From an uncultured virus (IMG/VR IMGVR_UViG_3300020371_000006) (lineage: Duplodnaviria > Heunggongvirae > Uroviricota > Caudoviricetes > Kyanoviridae): 64,000 bases of DNA. The notes under the pieces are model-generated. The model saw only the letters and a list, made by a program, of their open reading frames with translations, did not search any database and had not been told where the DNA came from. Made by a program: the position numbers and the translations under genes. This document shows positions 10,310-20,212 of this stretch, piece by piece. How positions within the stretch are numbered: the first letter of the stretch is position 1; every line of letters begins with the position of its first letter. The stretch lies in the IMG/VR virus record IMGVR_UViG_3300020371_000006; one strand, given 5' to 3'.

Positions 10310-10806
10310 AAAAAGTCAACACAGCAATTCTCGATTTAACAGTTTTCATAATCGATTCTCTTTATAGAGGTCGATACTTTCAACGTTTCTGGGTGCTTGA
10401 GGTAATTGCACGAGCACCATACTTTGCCTTTCTAAGTGTACTTCATTTTAGGGAGTCTCTAGGTCTAAGGACCGAGACGCATTTTTACCTAATGAGAGAA
10501 CACTTTCAACAAACGGTAAATGAAACAGAACATTTACAAGAAATGGAGAGACGTGGAGGAGCTGATCATTGGATTGATCGCTTTTTCGCTTATCATCTGG
10601 TTCTTGTCTACTATTGGAGTAACGTGGTCTATTATCTTCTTGCTCCAAAGTATGCTTATCATCTAGCAGAAGAGGTTGAGATTCACGCAGCAGAGACCTA
10701 TGCAAAGTATCTTGCTTTGGAAGGTCCTGATGAAAAGATCCTTGAGATCTTGAATGATGAACTCGAACATTCGGCGGAACTACATAAAGCAATGGAGATG
10801 ATCTGA
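10306..10806 (+). CDS. ptox: Plastoquinol terminal oxidase (alternative oxidase family)
   Basis: RFWVLEVIARAPYFAF and diiron motifs NETEHL, EVEIHA, DELEH. Start at ATG 10306. Confidence 0.95.
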   Translation: MKKVNTAILDLTVFIIDSLYRGRYFQRFWVLEVIARAPYFAFLSVLHFRESLGLRTETHFYLMREHFQQTVNETEHLQEMERRGGADHWIDRFFAYHLVLVYYWSNVVYYLLAPKYAYHLAEEVEIHAAETYAKYLALEGPDEKILEILNDELEHSAELHKAMEMI

Positions 10807-10994
10807 TGCGGATGCGATTTCCACACGATGATGAGCCAGAAGATCCTACAGCAAACGACTGTAACTATAACTTCCCACAGATGCTATTTGCATTCTGTTT
10901 AGGATTTGTAACTATGTTCGTTCTCGCTGTGGACGAGATTCAAAATTTCAAGGGATGCCCCCTACCAGAGTATTTTATTAACGAATCAAAATGA
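10806..10994 (+). CDS. Hypothetical membrane protein
   Basis: Coupled ORF with one hydrophobic helix. Confidence 0.6.
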   Translation: MRMRFPHDDEPEDPTANDCNYNFPQMLFAFCLGFVTMFVLAVDEIQNFKGCPLPEYFINESK

Positions 10995-12055
10995 AAGTAG
11001 GAATGATTGGTCTGGGTCGTATGGGCGAGGGTATGTCTCGTCGTATGATCAAAGCAGGTATTGAAGTTCACGGTTACAGAAACAACTATGAAAAAGCTTG
11101 TAAACAATATGAAGCGGGTTATATCAGTGGATGTACCACTTCTTTGGAAAGCCTTGTTCAAGTAGTCAAGGAAAAGAAATCCATTTATGGGGAGAAGTCT
11201 GGAGAGACAATCATCTCTGAGCAACCAGGCATTTTTATGATGGTTGTACCAGCAGAAACCGTAGAGGACACAATCAATGAGCTACTACAATTTTGTAGTG
11301 AAGGAGATATTATTATTGATAACGGCAATAGCAATTTTAAGGACAGTCGGAAAAGGGCAGAGCGTCTGGCTAAATTGGGTATCCAATATATTGACTGCGG
11401 CACTTCTGGTGGTGTTTACGGTCTGGACCGTGGATACTGTCTTATGGTTGGTGGTGCAACTACTGCAGTATCCGCCTGCGCTCCTATCTTTAGGGCACTC
11501 GCCCCAGGCATCGGATCTGCCGCTCGTACAGACCCATATGATTATGAGTCCAGTAGTGAACACGGTTGGTTGCATTGTGGACCGCCTGGAGCAGGTCATT
11601 TTGTGAAGATGGTTCACAATGGTGTAGAGTATGGAATTATGCAGGCGTATGCCGAAGGTTTCAACATTATCCACGAGGCAAATGCAGGATCAAGATACGT
11701 CAAAGAAGGAGACGCTGAGGTTGCGCCTATGGCAGACCCTGAGTCCTATTGCTATGACATTGACACTGCTGAGGTGGCTGAGCTTTGGCGTCGTGGTAGC
11801 GTTGTTGGTTCTTGGTTACTTGACCTTGCCGCTGATGTACTACGGAGCGATCACGAGCTTAGCAGATTTGATGGGGGAGTATCAGACAGTGGTGAAGGGC
11901 GTTGGACTGTTCACGCTGCTGTGGATCTTGGCGTTCCCACTCCTGTCCTTAGCACTGCACTATTTGAGAGGTTCAACTCTCGAAGATTAGGTAACTTTGC
12001 AAACAGAGTTCTCAATGGAATGCGATTCAAATTCGGAGGTCACAACGTCAGATGA
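10991..12055 (+). CDS. gnd: 6-phosphogluconate dehydrogenase (short type)
   Basis: GLGRMG, IDCGTSGG, GHFVKMVHNGVEYG, DSGEGRW, FGGH motifs. Confidence 0.97.
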   Translation: MKVGMIGLGRMGEGMSRRMIKAGIEVHGYRNNYEKACKQYEAGYISGCTTSLESLVQVVKEKKSIYGEKSGETIISEQPGIFMMVVPAETVEDTINELLQFCSEGDIIIDNGNSNFKDSRKRAERLAKLGIQYIDCGTSGGVYGLDRGYCLMVGGATTAVSACAPIFRALAPGIGSAARTDPYDYESSSEHGWLHCGPPGAGHFVKMVHNGVEYGIMQAYAEGFNIIHEANAGSRYVKEGDAEVAPMADPESYCYDIDTAEVAELWRRGSVVGSWLLDLAADVLRSDHELSRFDGGVSDSGEGRWTVHAAVDLGVPTPVLSTALFERFNSRRLGNFANRVLNGMRFKFGGHNVR

Positions 12056-12264
12056 AATCACAATTCACACTGTTTCTATGCTTTGTTCCCCTCGCGGTTA
12101 TCTACATAGTAATGAAAGTAGCAGTGTGGATGTCCGCTATCAATGCTGAGTCGGATTATGTCAGACAAGAACCTCTACGAAAACGAGGACCCTTTGTGGA
12201 GAACCCGTATGAAGATGTTGACTCGGAGGAAGATGAATATGGAGATCGCACAGACTATAGATAG
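12052..12264 (+). CDS. Hypothetical membrane protein
   Basis: ATGA overlap with gnd; N-terminal hydrophobic helix. Confidence 0.6.
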   Translation: MKSQFTLFLCFVPLAVIYIVMKVAVWMSAINAESDYVRQEPLRKRGPFVENPYEDVDSEEDEYGDRTDYR

Positions 12265-12391
12265 TGCACTCGAAGAATACTATTCGGAGCAGGGAAAACC
12301 TGTTCCGAATTGGAAGTATAATAAAAATCCACAATGGTGGATTGATTACCTTGCGTCCCTTGGATTAGGTCCTAACAATGATATTCTCTGA
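12233..12391 (+). CDS. Hypothetical protein
   Basis: MNMEIAQTID...PQWWIDYL; start uncertain. Confidence 0.55.
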   Translation: MNMEIAQTIDSALEEYYSEQGKPVPNWKYNKNPQWWIDYLASLGLGPNNDIL

Positions 12392-12509
12392 TGTCTTACT
12401 TTGGGCAGCAGTACCCTTTGTACTATCCACCATCTATTTCGGGATACGAAAAGGTGAAAATAATTACTATGACTCAGACGACTATGACGGAAATGGAACA
12501 GCGCACTAA
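12378..12509 (+). CDS. ndhP: NdhP-like small subunit of NDH-1 (43 aa), not in the ORF track
   Basis: MIFSDVLLWAAVPFVLSTIYFGIRKGENNYYDSDDYDGNGTAH: one TM helix plus the FG-x-R...Y-D-x-D-x-Y-x-GNG[ST]AH tail characteristic of cyanobacterial NdhP. Confidence 0.8.
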   Translation: MIFSDVLLWAAVPFVLSTIYFGIRKGENNYYDSDDYDGNGTAH

Positions 12510-13827
12510 ACAATTAGTTATCTTTGGTGCGACTGGTGATCTTTGTAAGAAGAAACTTATCCCTGCACTCCACAAACTTTGGGAGAGAGGTCTTCTCGAA
12601 GACAATCTTTTAATTACTGGTACTGCCAGGAGAGAACCTACTGTGACGCAGTGGAAGGAATCTCTTGGTGAGTATCCAGAAGAATTTTTGCATCACCTCG
12701 ATTACCAACCATCTGACCTGACTAAGGTTGAATCTCTACAGTGCTTACCTCAGGCAGAAGATGTAACCTACTTTTTATCTGTACCCCCAGAGAGATATGA
12801 AGATGCTATCATCAATCTCAAAGAAGCAGGACTCCTCGATAACCCCGAAACATCCCGTGTGGTTATTGAGAAACCCTTTGGGCACGACTATAAATCTGCT
12901 GATCATTTACAGTCTGTGGTTCAGCGATATTTACGCGAAAAACAAGTCTATCGCATTGACCATTATCTTGGCAAAGATACTGTCAACAATATTCTTGCTA
13001 CACGGTTTAGCAACATTCTGTTGGAACCTCTATGGAACCGCAATTACATAGATGAGGTCCAGATCTATGCAACTGAAACTATCGGTTGTGAAGGTCGGTC
13101 TCAATATTATGAGGGATCAGGTGTTATCAGAGATATGTTGCAGAATCATCTGCTTCAGATTATCTCTCTGGTTGCTATGGAACCACCATCAAAACTAGAT
13201 GCACGAGAAATCCGTCGTGAGAAGGTGAAAGTTCTTGCTGCAATGCGCCTTGGTAAGAATCTTATCCCAGGTCAATACATTGGTTATAGGGAAGAAGATG
13301 GAGTTGATTCAAACAGTGAAGTTCCCACATTCGTTGCGGGTGACATTTATGTTGACAACTGGAGATGGCAGGGAGTTCCTTTCTATTATATGACTGGAAA
13401 GAACCTACCATATGGTTGTGTGGAGGTTGTTGTAAAACTCAAGTCTCCACCTCAGCAGTTGTTTGATGGACACGAAGCAAACGATCGTATCGTAATGCGC
13501 TTCCAACCAAATGCTCACCTTGATATTCGTATTGATATTAAGAAACCTGGACTTGATGAGAGTGTTGAACTAGCAACTCTCAGTCACGATTATCCAATGG
13601 AGAATGCAAGTCAAGGATATACAAAACTTCTGTATGAAGCGATGGCAGGAAATCAGTCACACTTTGTACACGCAGAAGAAGTTCTTGAATCTTGGCGTAT
13701 TGTAGATGATCTTCTGTGTGTTGGAGATAACTGTAAGATTAGAACAACACCATATCTCTACACAGCTGGTACTTGGGGACCATCTCACAAAACACAATTC
13801 ATAACAAATTGGGAGTATCCTGAGTGA
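12484..13827 (+). CDS. zwf: Glucose-6-phosphate 1-dehydrogenase
   Basis: IFGATGDL, EKPFG, RIDHYLGK, RDMLQNH, RWQGVPF motifs. Start probably ATG 12484 or 12493. Confidence 0.97.
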   Translation: MTEMEQRTKQLVIFGATGDLCKKKLIPALHKLWERGLLEDNLLITGTARREPTVTQWKESLGEYPEEFLHHLDYQPSDLTKVESLQCLPQAEDVTYFLSVPPERYEDAIINLKEAGLLDNPETSRVVIEKPFGHDYKSADHLQSVVQRYLREKQVYRIDHYLGKDTVNNILATRFSNILLEPLWNRNYIDEVQIYATETIGCEGRSQYYEGSGVIRDMLQNHLLQIISLVAMEPPSKLDAREIRREKVKVLAAMRLGKNLIPGQYIGYREEDGVDSNSEVPTFVAGDIYVDNWRWQGVPFYYMTGKNLPYGCVEVVVKLKSPPQQLFDGHEANDRIVMRFQPNAHLDIRIDIKKPGLDESVELATLSHDYPMENASQGYTKLLYEAMAGNQSHFVHAEEVLESWRIVDDLLCVGDNCKIRTTPYLYTAGTWGPSHKTQFITNWEYPE

Positions 13828-14030
13828 ATCTCTTCCTTCGCCCATTAGAAGATGTAAATGATGTCACTTGGAGTATCGTTTGGTGTTTGGTGATACTTCT
13901 TGCTTGTGTTTTTTATGTGATCGTCTATATATTAGGTATTGATGAGCGAGAATCTAATGGGAGCGATGGTGCCACCGAGCAGGAAGAGCTGCTACAACTT
14001 CCGAGTGACGGAGATAAACCGTGTTCTTGA
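13824..14030 (+). CDS. Hypothetical membrane protein
   Basis: GTGA overlap with zwf; hydrophobic helix. Confidence 0.55.
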   Translation: MNLFLRPLEDVNDVTWSIVWCLVILLACVFYVIVYILGIDERESNGSDGATEQEELLQLPSDGDKPCS

Positions 14031-14418
14031 CGGCGATACTATTGATGTCACCATTGATCTTGGGTTTGACTTATACAAGAAAGAAAGAGTTAGAATTGCA
14101 GGCGTTGATACGCCAGAGAAAAGAACGAGAGATCTCGAAGAGAAGGCGTTAGGAATCGACGCTACTAACTGGATGAAAGAAAAACTAGAGGGAGCTATCG
14201 CTGGCGATGATGAACTCTGTATTAGAACTGAACTGGTTGGTGGTATGGGTAAGTATGGTCGCCTTCTTGGTTGGTTATATATTGGAGATGCAGAGGTATC
14301 GCTGAACGAGCAGATGATTACCGAAGGGTATGCTTGGGAATATGACGGTGGTACAAAGAAGAAAGATTTTGAAGAGCTTCGTGAGATTAGAAGAAGGTAC
14401 GGTACTCTAGTCGAATAA
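13957..14418 (+). CDS. Thermonuclease (SNase-like) family nuclease
   Basis: RVLDGDTIDV, RVRIAGVDTPE, GKYGRLLG, GYAWEY motifs. Confidence 0.88.
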   Translation: MGAMVPPSRKSCYNFRVTEINRVLDGDTIDVTIDLGFDLYKKERVRIAGVDTPEKRTRDLEEKALGIDATNWMKEKLEGAIAGDDELCIRTELVGGMGKYGRLLGWLYIGDAEVSLNEQMITEGYAWEYDGGTKKKDFEELREIRRRYGTLVE

Positions 14419-14721
14419 ATGGATTACCATATACTCTTTTTTGTACCTTGGTTGGTACTAATGGGTATTGCTATTTCTATGGTCATTCAAGGTTGGATGA
14501 TTATGGGGGAACGTGCTGGTTATCAAAAGAAACCAAACTATAAATCACATCCTGAAATTTCTGAACTCAAAGGAGATACTGGAACTCTGATGACTGCTAA
14601 GTTCGATAAACTACCTGACGAGGATTACAAAGAATTGTCAGAAAGAATACATAAATTAAAGATGGATGAATTATTTGATGAACCATCTACCTATGAGGAT
14701 GAACATTTAGATGACGACTGA
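14419..14721 (+). CDS. Hypothetical membrane-anchored protein
   Basis: N-terminal TM helix, acidic C-terminus. Confidence 0.6.
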   Translation: MDYHILFFVPWLVLMGIAISMVIQGWMIMGERAGYQKKPNYKSHPEISELKGDTGTLMTAKFDKLPDEDYKELSERIHKLKMDELFDEPSTYEDEHLDDD

Positions 14722-16363
14722 TAAATCTGTATACTTAGGTAATCCTAACCTAAAGAAAGCAAACGCTACAACTAACTTCACGCCTGAACAGGTGGAGGAG
14801 TTTATTAAGTGCAGCCAAGATCCAGTCTACTTCATCAAAAATTATATCAAGATTGTCTCTCTGGATGAGGGTGTGATCAACTTCAACTTGTATGATTTTC
14901 AAGAGAAGATGGTCACAAACTTCCACGAGAATAGATTTAATATTGCTAAACTACCTCGTCAGTCTGGTAAGTCCACTGTTGTTACAGCGTACCTTTTGTG
15001 GTACGTGATTTTTACTGATAACGTTAATGTCGCAATCCTCGCAAACAAAGCAGCAACCGCTAGAGAGATGCTTGGACGCTTACAACTCTCTTACGAGAAT
15101 CTTCCTAAGTGGATGCAGCAAGGTATTATTGCGTGGAACCGAGGGTCAGTGGAACTGGAGAACGGCTCTCGTATCCTGGCTGCATCTACTTCTGCTTCTG
15201 CCGTCAGGGGTATGTCTTTCAATGTTATTTTTCTGGACGAATTTGCGTTCGTTCCGAATAATATTGCTGAGCAGTTCTTTAGTTCTGTTTATCCTACTAT
15301 TTCGTCTGGTAAATCTACCAAAGTTATTATCATCTCTACCCCACACGGGATGAATATGTACTACAAGCTTTGGCACGATGCCGAGCGTGGTACTAACGAA
15401 TATATTCCTACAGAAGTTCACTGGTCTCAGGTACCAGGAAGAGATCAGAAGTGGAAAGAACAAACTATCCGCAACACGTCCGAACAGCAGTTCCGTGTTG
15501 AGTTTGAATGTGAGTTCCTGGGATCTGTTGATACCCTGATCTCGCCAAGCAAGTTGCGTGTGATGGCATACGATGATCCAGCAACAAGCAGTAATGGTTT
15601 GGATGTTTACACACAACCAGAAAAAGATCATAATTATACGATGACTGTTGACGTTGCCAGAGGAATCGATGGTGACTACTCAGCATTTACTGTTTTCGAT
15701 ACTACGACTGTACCATATAAATTGGTAGCGAAGTATAGAAATAACGAAATAAAACCATTACTATTCCCCGATATTATTACTGAGACTGCTAAAGCGTATA
15801 ATCACGCTTACGTTCTTGTGGAGGTTAATGACATCGGTGGTCAAGTTGCAGACATCATACAATACGATCTTGAATATGACAACCTCCTGATGGCAGCAAT
15901 GCGTGGTCGTGCTGGTCAGGTTGTTGGTCAAGGATTCTCTGGTGGCAAGGTACAACTTGGAGTCAAGATGTCAACCGCAGTTAAGAAGGTTGGATGTTCT
16001 AACCTTAAGCAGTTGATTGAAGCTGACAAACTATTGCTGTCTGACTATGACATCATTGCTGAACTGACTACGTTCATTCAGAAAGGACAGTCCTGGCAGG
16101 CAGAAGAAGGTTGTCACGATGACTTGGCAATGTGTCTGGTAATGTTCTCCTGGTTGGCAGTGCAGGATTACTTTAAGGAACTGCACGATAATGACATCCG
16201 AGCAAGGATGTATCAAGAACAGCGTGAAGCGATCGAAGCAGATATGGCACCATTTGGGTTTATGGATGATGGTCTACAAGAGACCTCATTCGTCGATCCA
16301 GAAGGGCAGGTGTGGCATACTGATGAGTATGGTGATAGATCCTTTATGTGGGAATATAGATGA
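14711..16363 (+). CDS. g17: Terminase large subunit gp17
   Basis: Walker A PRQSGKST, Walker B IFLDEFAF, nuclease motifs DVARG and HDDL. Confidence 0.98.
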   Translation: MTTDKSVYLGNPNLKKANATTNFTPEQVEEFIKCSQDPVYFIKNYIKIVSLDEGVINFNLYDFQEKMVTNFHENRFNIAKLPRQSGKSTVVTAYLLWYVIFTDNVNVAILANKAATAREMLGRLQLSYENLPKWMQQGIIAWNRGSVELENGSRILAASTSASAVRGMSFNVIFLDEFAFVPNNIAEQFFSSVYPTISSGKSTKVIIISTPHGMNMYYKLWHDAERGTNEYIPTEVHWSQVPGRDQKWKEQTIRNTSEQQFRVEFECEFLGSVDTLISPSKLRVMAYDDPATSSNGLDVYTQPEKDHNYTMTVDVARGIDGDYSAFTVFDTTTVPYKLVAKYRNNEIKPLLFPDIITETAKAYNHAYVLVEVNDIGGQVADIIQYDLEYDNLLMAAMRGRAGQVVGQGFSGGKVQLGVKMSTAVKKVGCSNLKQLIEADKLLLSDYDIIAELTTFIQKGQSWQAEEGCHDDLAMCLVMFSWLAVQDYFKELHDNDIRARMYQEQREAIEADMAPFGFMDDGLQETSFVDPEGQVWHTDEYGDRSFMWEYR

Positions 16364-16596
16364 ATCTAGATGATGAGTTTGAACTAGAGCATTTCCTGTT
16401 CAAAGAACGACAGTGCAGGACGTGTCTTCGCAAGCTCGATTTACTAGAACATTTCTATAAGACAAGACCTGATAGAGGGTCGAACCCATCAGCATATTCA
16501 TACGAGTGTAAGTATTGCACAATAAAGAGAGTCAGTAAAAGTAGGAAGAGGAGAAGATATAGAACCAGACTGGAAACTGACTACCCAGACTGGTAA
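16360..16596 (+). CDS. Zinc-binding hypothetical protein
   Basis: CRTC...CKYC motifs, basic tail, ends YPDW. Confidence 0.65.
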   Translation: MNLDDEFELEHFLFKERQCRTCLRKLDLLEHFYKTRPDRGSNPSAYSYECKYCTIKRVSKSRKRRRYRTRLETDYPDW

Positions 16597-16635
16597 TGTT
16601 CACGTTCTGTTTCCCCTCCTGAAACATCGGTAATT

Positions 16636-16642
16636 CTAAATA
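16636..16642 (+). promoter_or_regulatory. Late promoter (CTAAATA) for g18
   Basis: TAAATA box about 40 nt upstream of g18; AGGAG ribosome-binding site follows. Confidence 0.65.
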
Positions 16643-16682
16643 TTATTAGAAAAGATTTGAAGAATTTTCAGGAGATTAAGCA

Positions 16683-19457
16683 ATGGCATCTACCCAACTT
16701 TCGCCAGGGGTCGTTGTTCTTGAAAAGGATCTGACTACGGTTGCAAACGCAACCCTTGATAATGTTGCGGTGATCGTCGGTTCCTTTGAAAAGGGTCCCG
16801 TCAACAAGATTGTTGACATTACATCAGAGAAAGAACTTCTCTCTGTGTTTGGACGCCCCAACGACTACAACTACGAATACTGGTATACAGCATCACAGTT
16901 CCTTCTTTACGGCGGAACCCTCAAAGTCATCCGTGCTAACAGCGCCGCGCTGAAGAACGCGATTGATACTGCTCAGACTACAGTCACAACTTTCAGTGCA
17001 TCGGACACCACTTTGACAGTGGCATCTTCTGCAGACATCGCACAGAACGATTTCTTGCTGATCGACGCTGAAATTCTTCGCGTTACAGTTATCACTGGTA
17101 ACGACCTGACTGTCCAACGTGGTCAACTCGCAACCGCAGCAACTTCTCACGCTGGTGGCGCTGCTGTCACTCTGATCGAAGATGCAGGCACAAGCACCAC
17201 AATGAACCAGGGCGGTACTCTGGCAGCTGGTGGTACAACTCTGACCGTGACCTCTGTGGCAACACTGGGTGTGACGATCAACGATTACATCAAGATCTCT
17301 GACGAAATTCTTCGCGTTTCTGGCATCTCTGGTAATGACCTGACCGTCACTCGTGGCGAACTCGGTACTACCGCAGCAGCACAGACCGATTCTCAGACCG
17401 TCACCAAACTGACTGTTACTGCTTCCAAGACCACAATCAACGAAACCACTTCCTCTGGTGTGGTTGCTCCTCTCATCAAGAACCTTGAAGAGTATGAGTC
17501 CAGCGTTGAGTCTGGTTCCAACTCCTGGAAGTTCGGTGCACGTCACCCTGGTCTCTACGGTAACTCCCTCCGTGTTGTGATGACTGACGCTGGTGCAGAC
17601 CAGATCCTGTCTCTCACACAACCTACCACTGCTGAGTGGGAATTCGGCAGCACAACTGATGTTTCCTACAGCGCAGCAAACGCTACCGCTAAGATCTATC
17701 GTTACAACATCGTTGCAACTCTGGACTCTGGAACCATTACTGGTGACTTCAACGTCAACGAGTATTGGAGAGCAGAAGATGGTAGCGCAGTCTCCATCCC
17801 TGTCCAAGGTCAGGTTAAAGCATACGATCCACTGACTCGCAAGATTGAGATCGACGTTAACTACTCACTGTCTTCTGACGTGCTGGAAGTTGGCGATGTG
17901 ATCGCACTCTGGACCGCTGAGACTGGTGGTACAAGAACTGGTGACAAGGCAACTGTCGAGTCTATCGACCGTCAACTGCACGTCATCAACGATGCAAACG
18001 CAAACCGCTACGAAGCAAACTACACCCTGTCTGACGACAACGCTTCTGGTTCACCTAACGTAAACGTTGCTTCCGTCCGCTCTGAGTATGACGAGCGTTA
18101 TTTCGGTGGTGGTCAGCGTTGGGCATCTGTCGCACCTCGTCCTGGCACATCTCCTTGGGTCGCTGACCGTGGTGGTGCTGATGACCAGATGCACATCCTC
18201 ATCCTTGATGGTGACGGCAAACTGACTGGTACTCCTGGATCTGTCCTTGAGAAGTTCCTGTTCGTGTCTAAGGCAACTGACGCACGTGGTACACAGGGCG
18301 AGACAGTCTACTATGCAGACGTTATCAAGAACAACTCTCAGTACATCTACTGGGGTTCTCACGAAACTGGCAGCATCTTTGACGTTGACTCCGTGAACAA
18401 CGGTGGTTTCGGTCAGTCTGGTGTGTCCCGCACATTCGACCTGATCAAGCAAACTGCTGCTATCAAGACTAACGAAACATCCCTTGGTCGCGAGATCATC
18501 GGTACTGCACACGGTTCTACCGCAACCTTCCACCTCCAAGGTGGTGCTGACGGTTACACCCTGGCACGTGGCGAGATCCTCGGTTCTTACGACCTGGTTG
18601 CTGACAAGGAAACCATCGATGTTGATTACATCCTGATGGGTCCCTCGATGGCAGACACTAGCGATACAGTCGCTAAAGCACAGAAGATCATTGACATTGC
18701 AGCAACCCGTAAGGATTGCCTCGCATTTGTTTCTCCCTCACGTGGCGATGTGATCGGTCAGTCCGACACTAACGTCATCGTCAACCGTACGATTGACTTC
18801 TTCAATCAGTTGAGCAGCACCTCTTACGCGGTGTTCGATAACAACTACAAGTACATCTACGACAAGTACAACGACAAGTATCGTTACATCCCTTGTAACG
18901 CTGACGTTGCAGGTCTTGTTCTGAGCACAACCCTCAACTCTGAGGCTTGGTTCTCTCCTGCTGGTTTCAACAGAGGACAACTCCGTAACGCAATCAAACT
19001 GTCTTACTCCCCTCTGAAGGATCACAGAGATCGCTTGTACGCAGCACGTGTCAACCCCGTCGTGGCATTCCCTGGTCAGGGTATCGTCCTCTTCGGTGAC
19101 AAGACTGCTCTTTCTTACCAGTCCGCATTCGACAGAATCAACGTCCGTCGTCTGTTCCTGGTTCTGGAAGATGCAATCGCGTCCGCTGCTAAGACACAAC
19201 TGTTTGAACTGAATGACGAGTTTACTCGCGCTTCGTTCAAGAACATTGTGGAACCCTTCCTGCGTTCCGTCCAGTCCCGTCGTGGCATCATCGACTTCTT
19301 GGTTGTTTGCGACACTAGCAACAACCCTGCAGAAGCAATCGACCGTGGCGAATTCTTCGCGGAGATCTTCGTGAAGCCGACCCGCTCGATCAACTACATC
19401 ACCCTCACCTTCACTGCAACTAGAACTGGTTCTAGTTTCGCTGAAGTTACTAACTGA
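16683..19457 (+). CDS. g18: Tail sheath protein gp18 (long, with inserted domains)
   Basis: SPGVVVLEKD, WFSPAGFNRG, FDRINVRRLF, IFVKPTRSINYI motifs. Confidence 0.97.
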   Translation: MASTQLSPGVVVLEKDLTTVANATLDNVAVIVGSFEKGPVNKIVDITSEKELLSVFGRPNDYNYEYWYTASQFLLYGGTLKVIRANSAALKNAIDTAQTTVTTFSASDTTLTVASSADIAQNDFLLIDAEILRVTVITGNDLTVQRGQLATAATSHAGGAAVTLIEDAGTSTTMNQGGTLAAGGTTLTVTSVATLGVTINDYIKISDEILRVSGISGNDLTVTRGELGTTAAAQTDSQTVTKLTVTASKTTINETTSSGVVAPLIKNLEEYESSVESGSNSWKFGARHPGLYGNSLRVVMTDAGADQILSLTQPTTAEWEFGSTTDVSYSAANATAKIYRYNIVATLDSGTITGDFNVNEYWRAEDGSAVSIPVQGQVKAYDPLTRKIEIDVNYSLSSDVLEVGDVIALWTAETGGTRTGDKATVESIDRQLHVINDANANRYEANYTLSDDNASGSPNVNVASVRSEYDERYFGGGQRWASVAPRPGTSPWVADRGGADDQMHILILDGDGKLTGTPGSVLEKFLFVSKATDARGTQGETVYYADVIKNNSQYIYWGSHETGSIFDVDSVNNGGFGQSGVSRTFDLIKQTAAIKTNETSLGREIIGTAHGSTATFHLQGGADGYTLARGEILGSYDLVADKETIDVDYILMGPSMADTSDTVAKAQKIIDIAATRKDCLAFVSPSRGDVIGQSDTNVIVNRTIDFFNQLSSTSYAVFDNNYKYIYDKYNDKYRYIPCNADVAGLVLSTTLNSEAWFSPAGFNRGQLRNAIKLSYSPLKDHRDRLYAARVNPVVAFPGQGIVLFGDKTALSYQSAFDRINVRRLFLVLEDAIASAAKTQLFELNDEFTRASFKNIVEPFLRSVQSRRGIIDFLVVCDTSNNPAEAIDRGEFFAEIFVKPTRSINYITLTFTATRTGSSFAEVTN

Positions 19458-19485
19458 TCTCAAGAGAATTAACTAGGAGAAAACA

Positions 19486-20160
19486 ATGGCAGAAGCACAA
19501 CCAGGACAAGTGGAGCAGAGCTCGGTAAGAGCTCCGATCTTCACCTTCCGCGATCAAGTTAGAGACTTTGCACGTCCTAACCTATTCCAAGTCGAAATTT
19601 ATGCACCCCCGATCCTTCAGGACGGGGTTACCCCTCAGTCTGGCGGTATCGCTGGTTCTGCACTCGATGGAGTGGAGAATTCGGCAGGTGCATCCCAACT
19701 TAACGCAGCTGACGCATCCGCTTTCGGTACCTTCCTTGTGAAGGCAGCAAACATCCCCGCTTCTACAGTGGGTGTTGTTGAGGTTCCTTACCGTGGTCGT
19801 ATGCTGAAGATCGCTGGTGACCGCACATTTGAACCTTGGACCGTGACTGTTCTTAACGACCAGTCCTTCAAGTTCCGTGCATTCTTTGAATCTTGGTCTT
19901 CCAATATTCAAGCACTCCAGCAAAACTTCCAGAACGCTAACACCATCGCTGACTATCAGGCAATGGCAAAGGTTAGACAGATGGATCGCAAGGGTAGCGT
20001 CATCCGTACCTACAAGTTTGAAGGTATTTGGCCAAGCAACATCAGCGCGATTGATCTGGATTGGGGCAACAACGATACTCCTGAAGAGTACACCGTCGAG
20101 TTCCAAGTTCAATACTGGACCTACGATACTGACATCAACACTGGTAATGCCCAAAACTAA
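19486..20160 (+). CDS. g19: Tail tube protein gp19
   Basis: ARPNLFQV, GRMLKIAGDRTFEPWTVTV, EEYTVEFQVQYW motifs. Confidence 0.96.
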   Translation: MAEAQPGQVEQSSVRAPIFTFRDQVRDFARPNLFQVEIYAPPILQDGVTPQSGGIAGSALDGVENSAGASQLNAADASAFGTFLVKAANIPASTVGVVEVPYRGRMLKIAGDRTFEPWTVTVLNDQSFKFRAFFESWSSNIQALQQNFQNANTIADYQAMAKVRQMDRKGSVIRTYKFEGIWPSNISAIDLDWGNNDTPEEYTVEFQVQYWTYDTDINTGNAQN

Positions 20161-20176
20161 GTGATTTCTAAATCAG

Positions 20177-20183
20177 ATAAATA
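20177..20183 (+). promoter_or_regulatory. Late promoter (ATAAATA) for g20
   Basis: Consensus box in the g19-g20 intergenic gap. Confidence 0.7.
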
Positions 20184-20212
20184 GATCTGATAAGGAATTA
20201 CACGGCATATCA

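Noticed and set aside
12391..12483. N-terminal extension of zwf given in the ORF track
   Set aside because: Better explained by the overlapping NdhP-like ORF; G6PD similarity begins near 12484.
16360..16596. Homing endonuclease next to g17
   Set aside because: Has only CxxC pairs in 78 aa; no HNH or GIY-YIG catalytic motif visible.
16575..16635. Possible structured RNA between ORF 16360 and g18 (CCAGACTGG twice; TGTTTC...GAAACA stem)
   Set aside because: Only short stems; an ncRNA call needs covariation data that I cannot obtain here.
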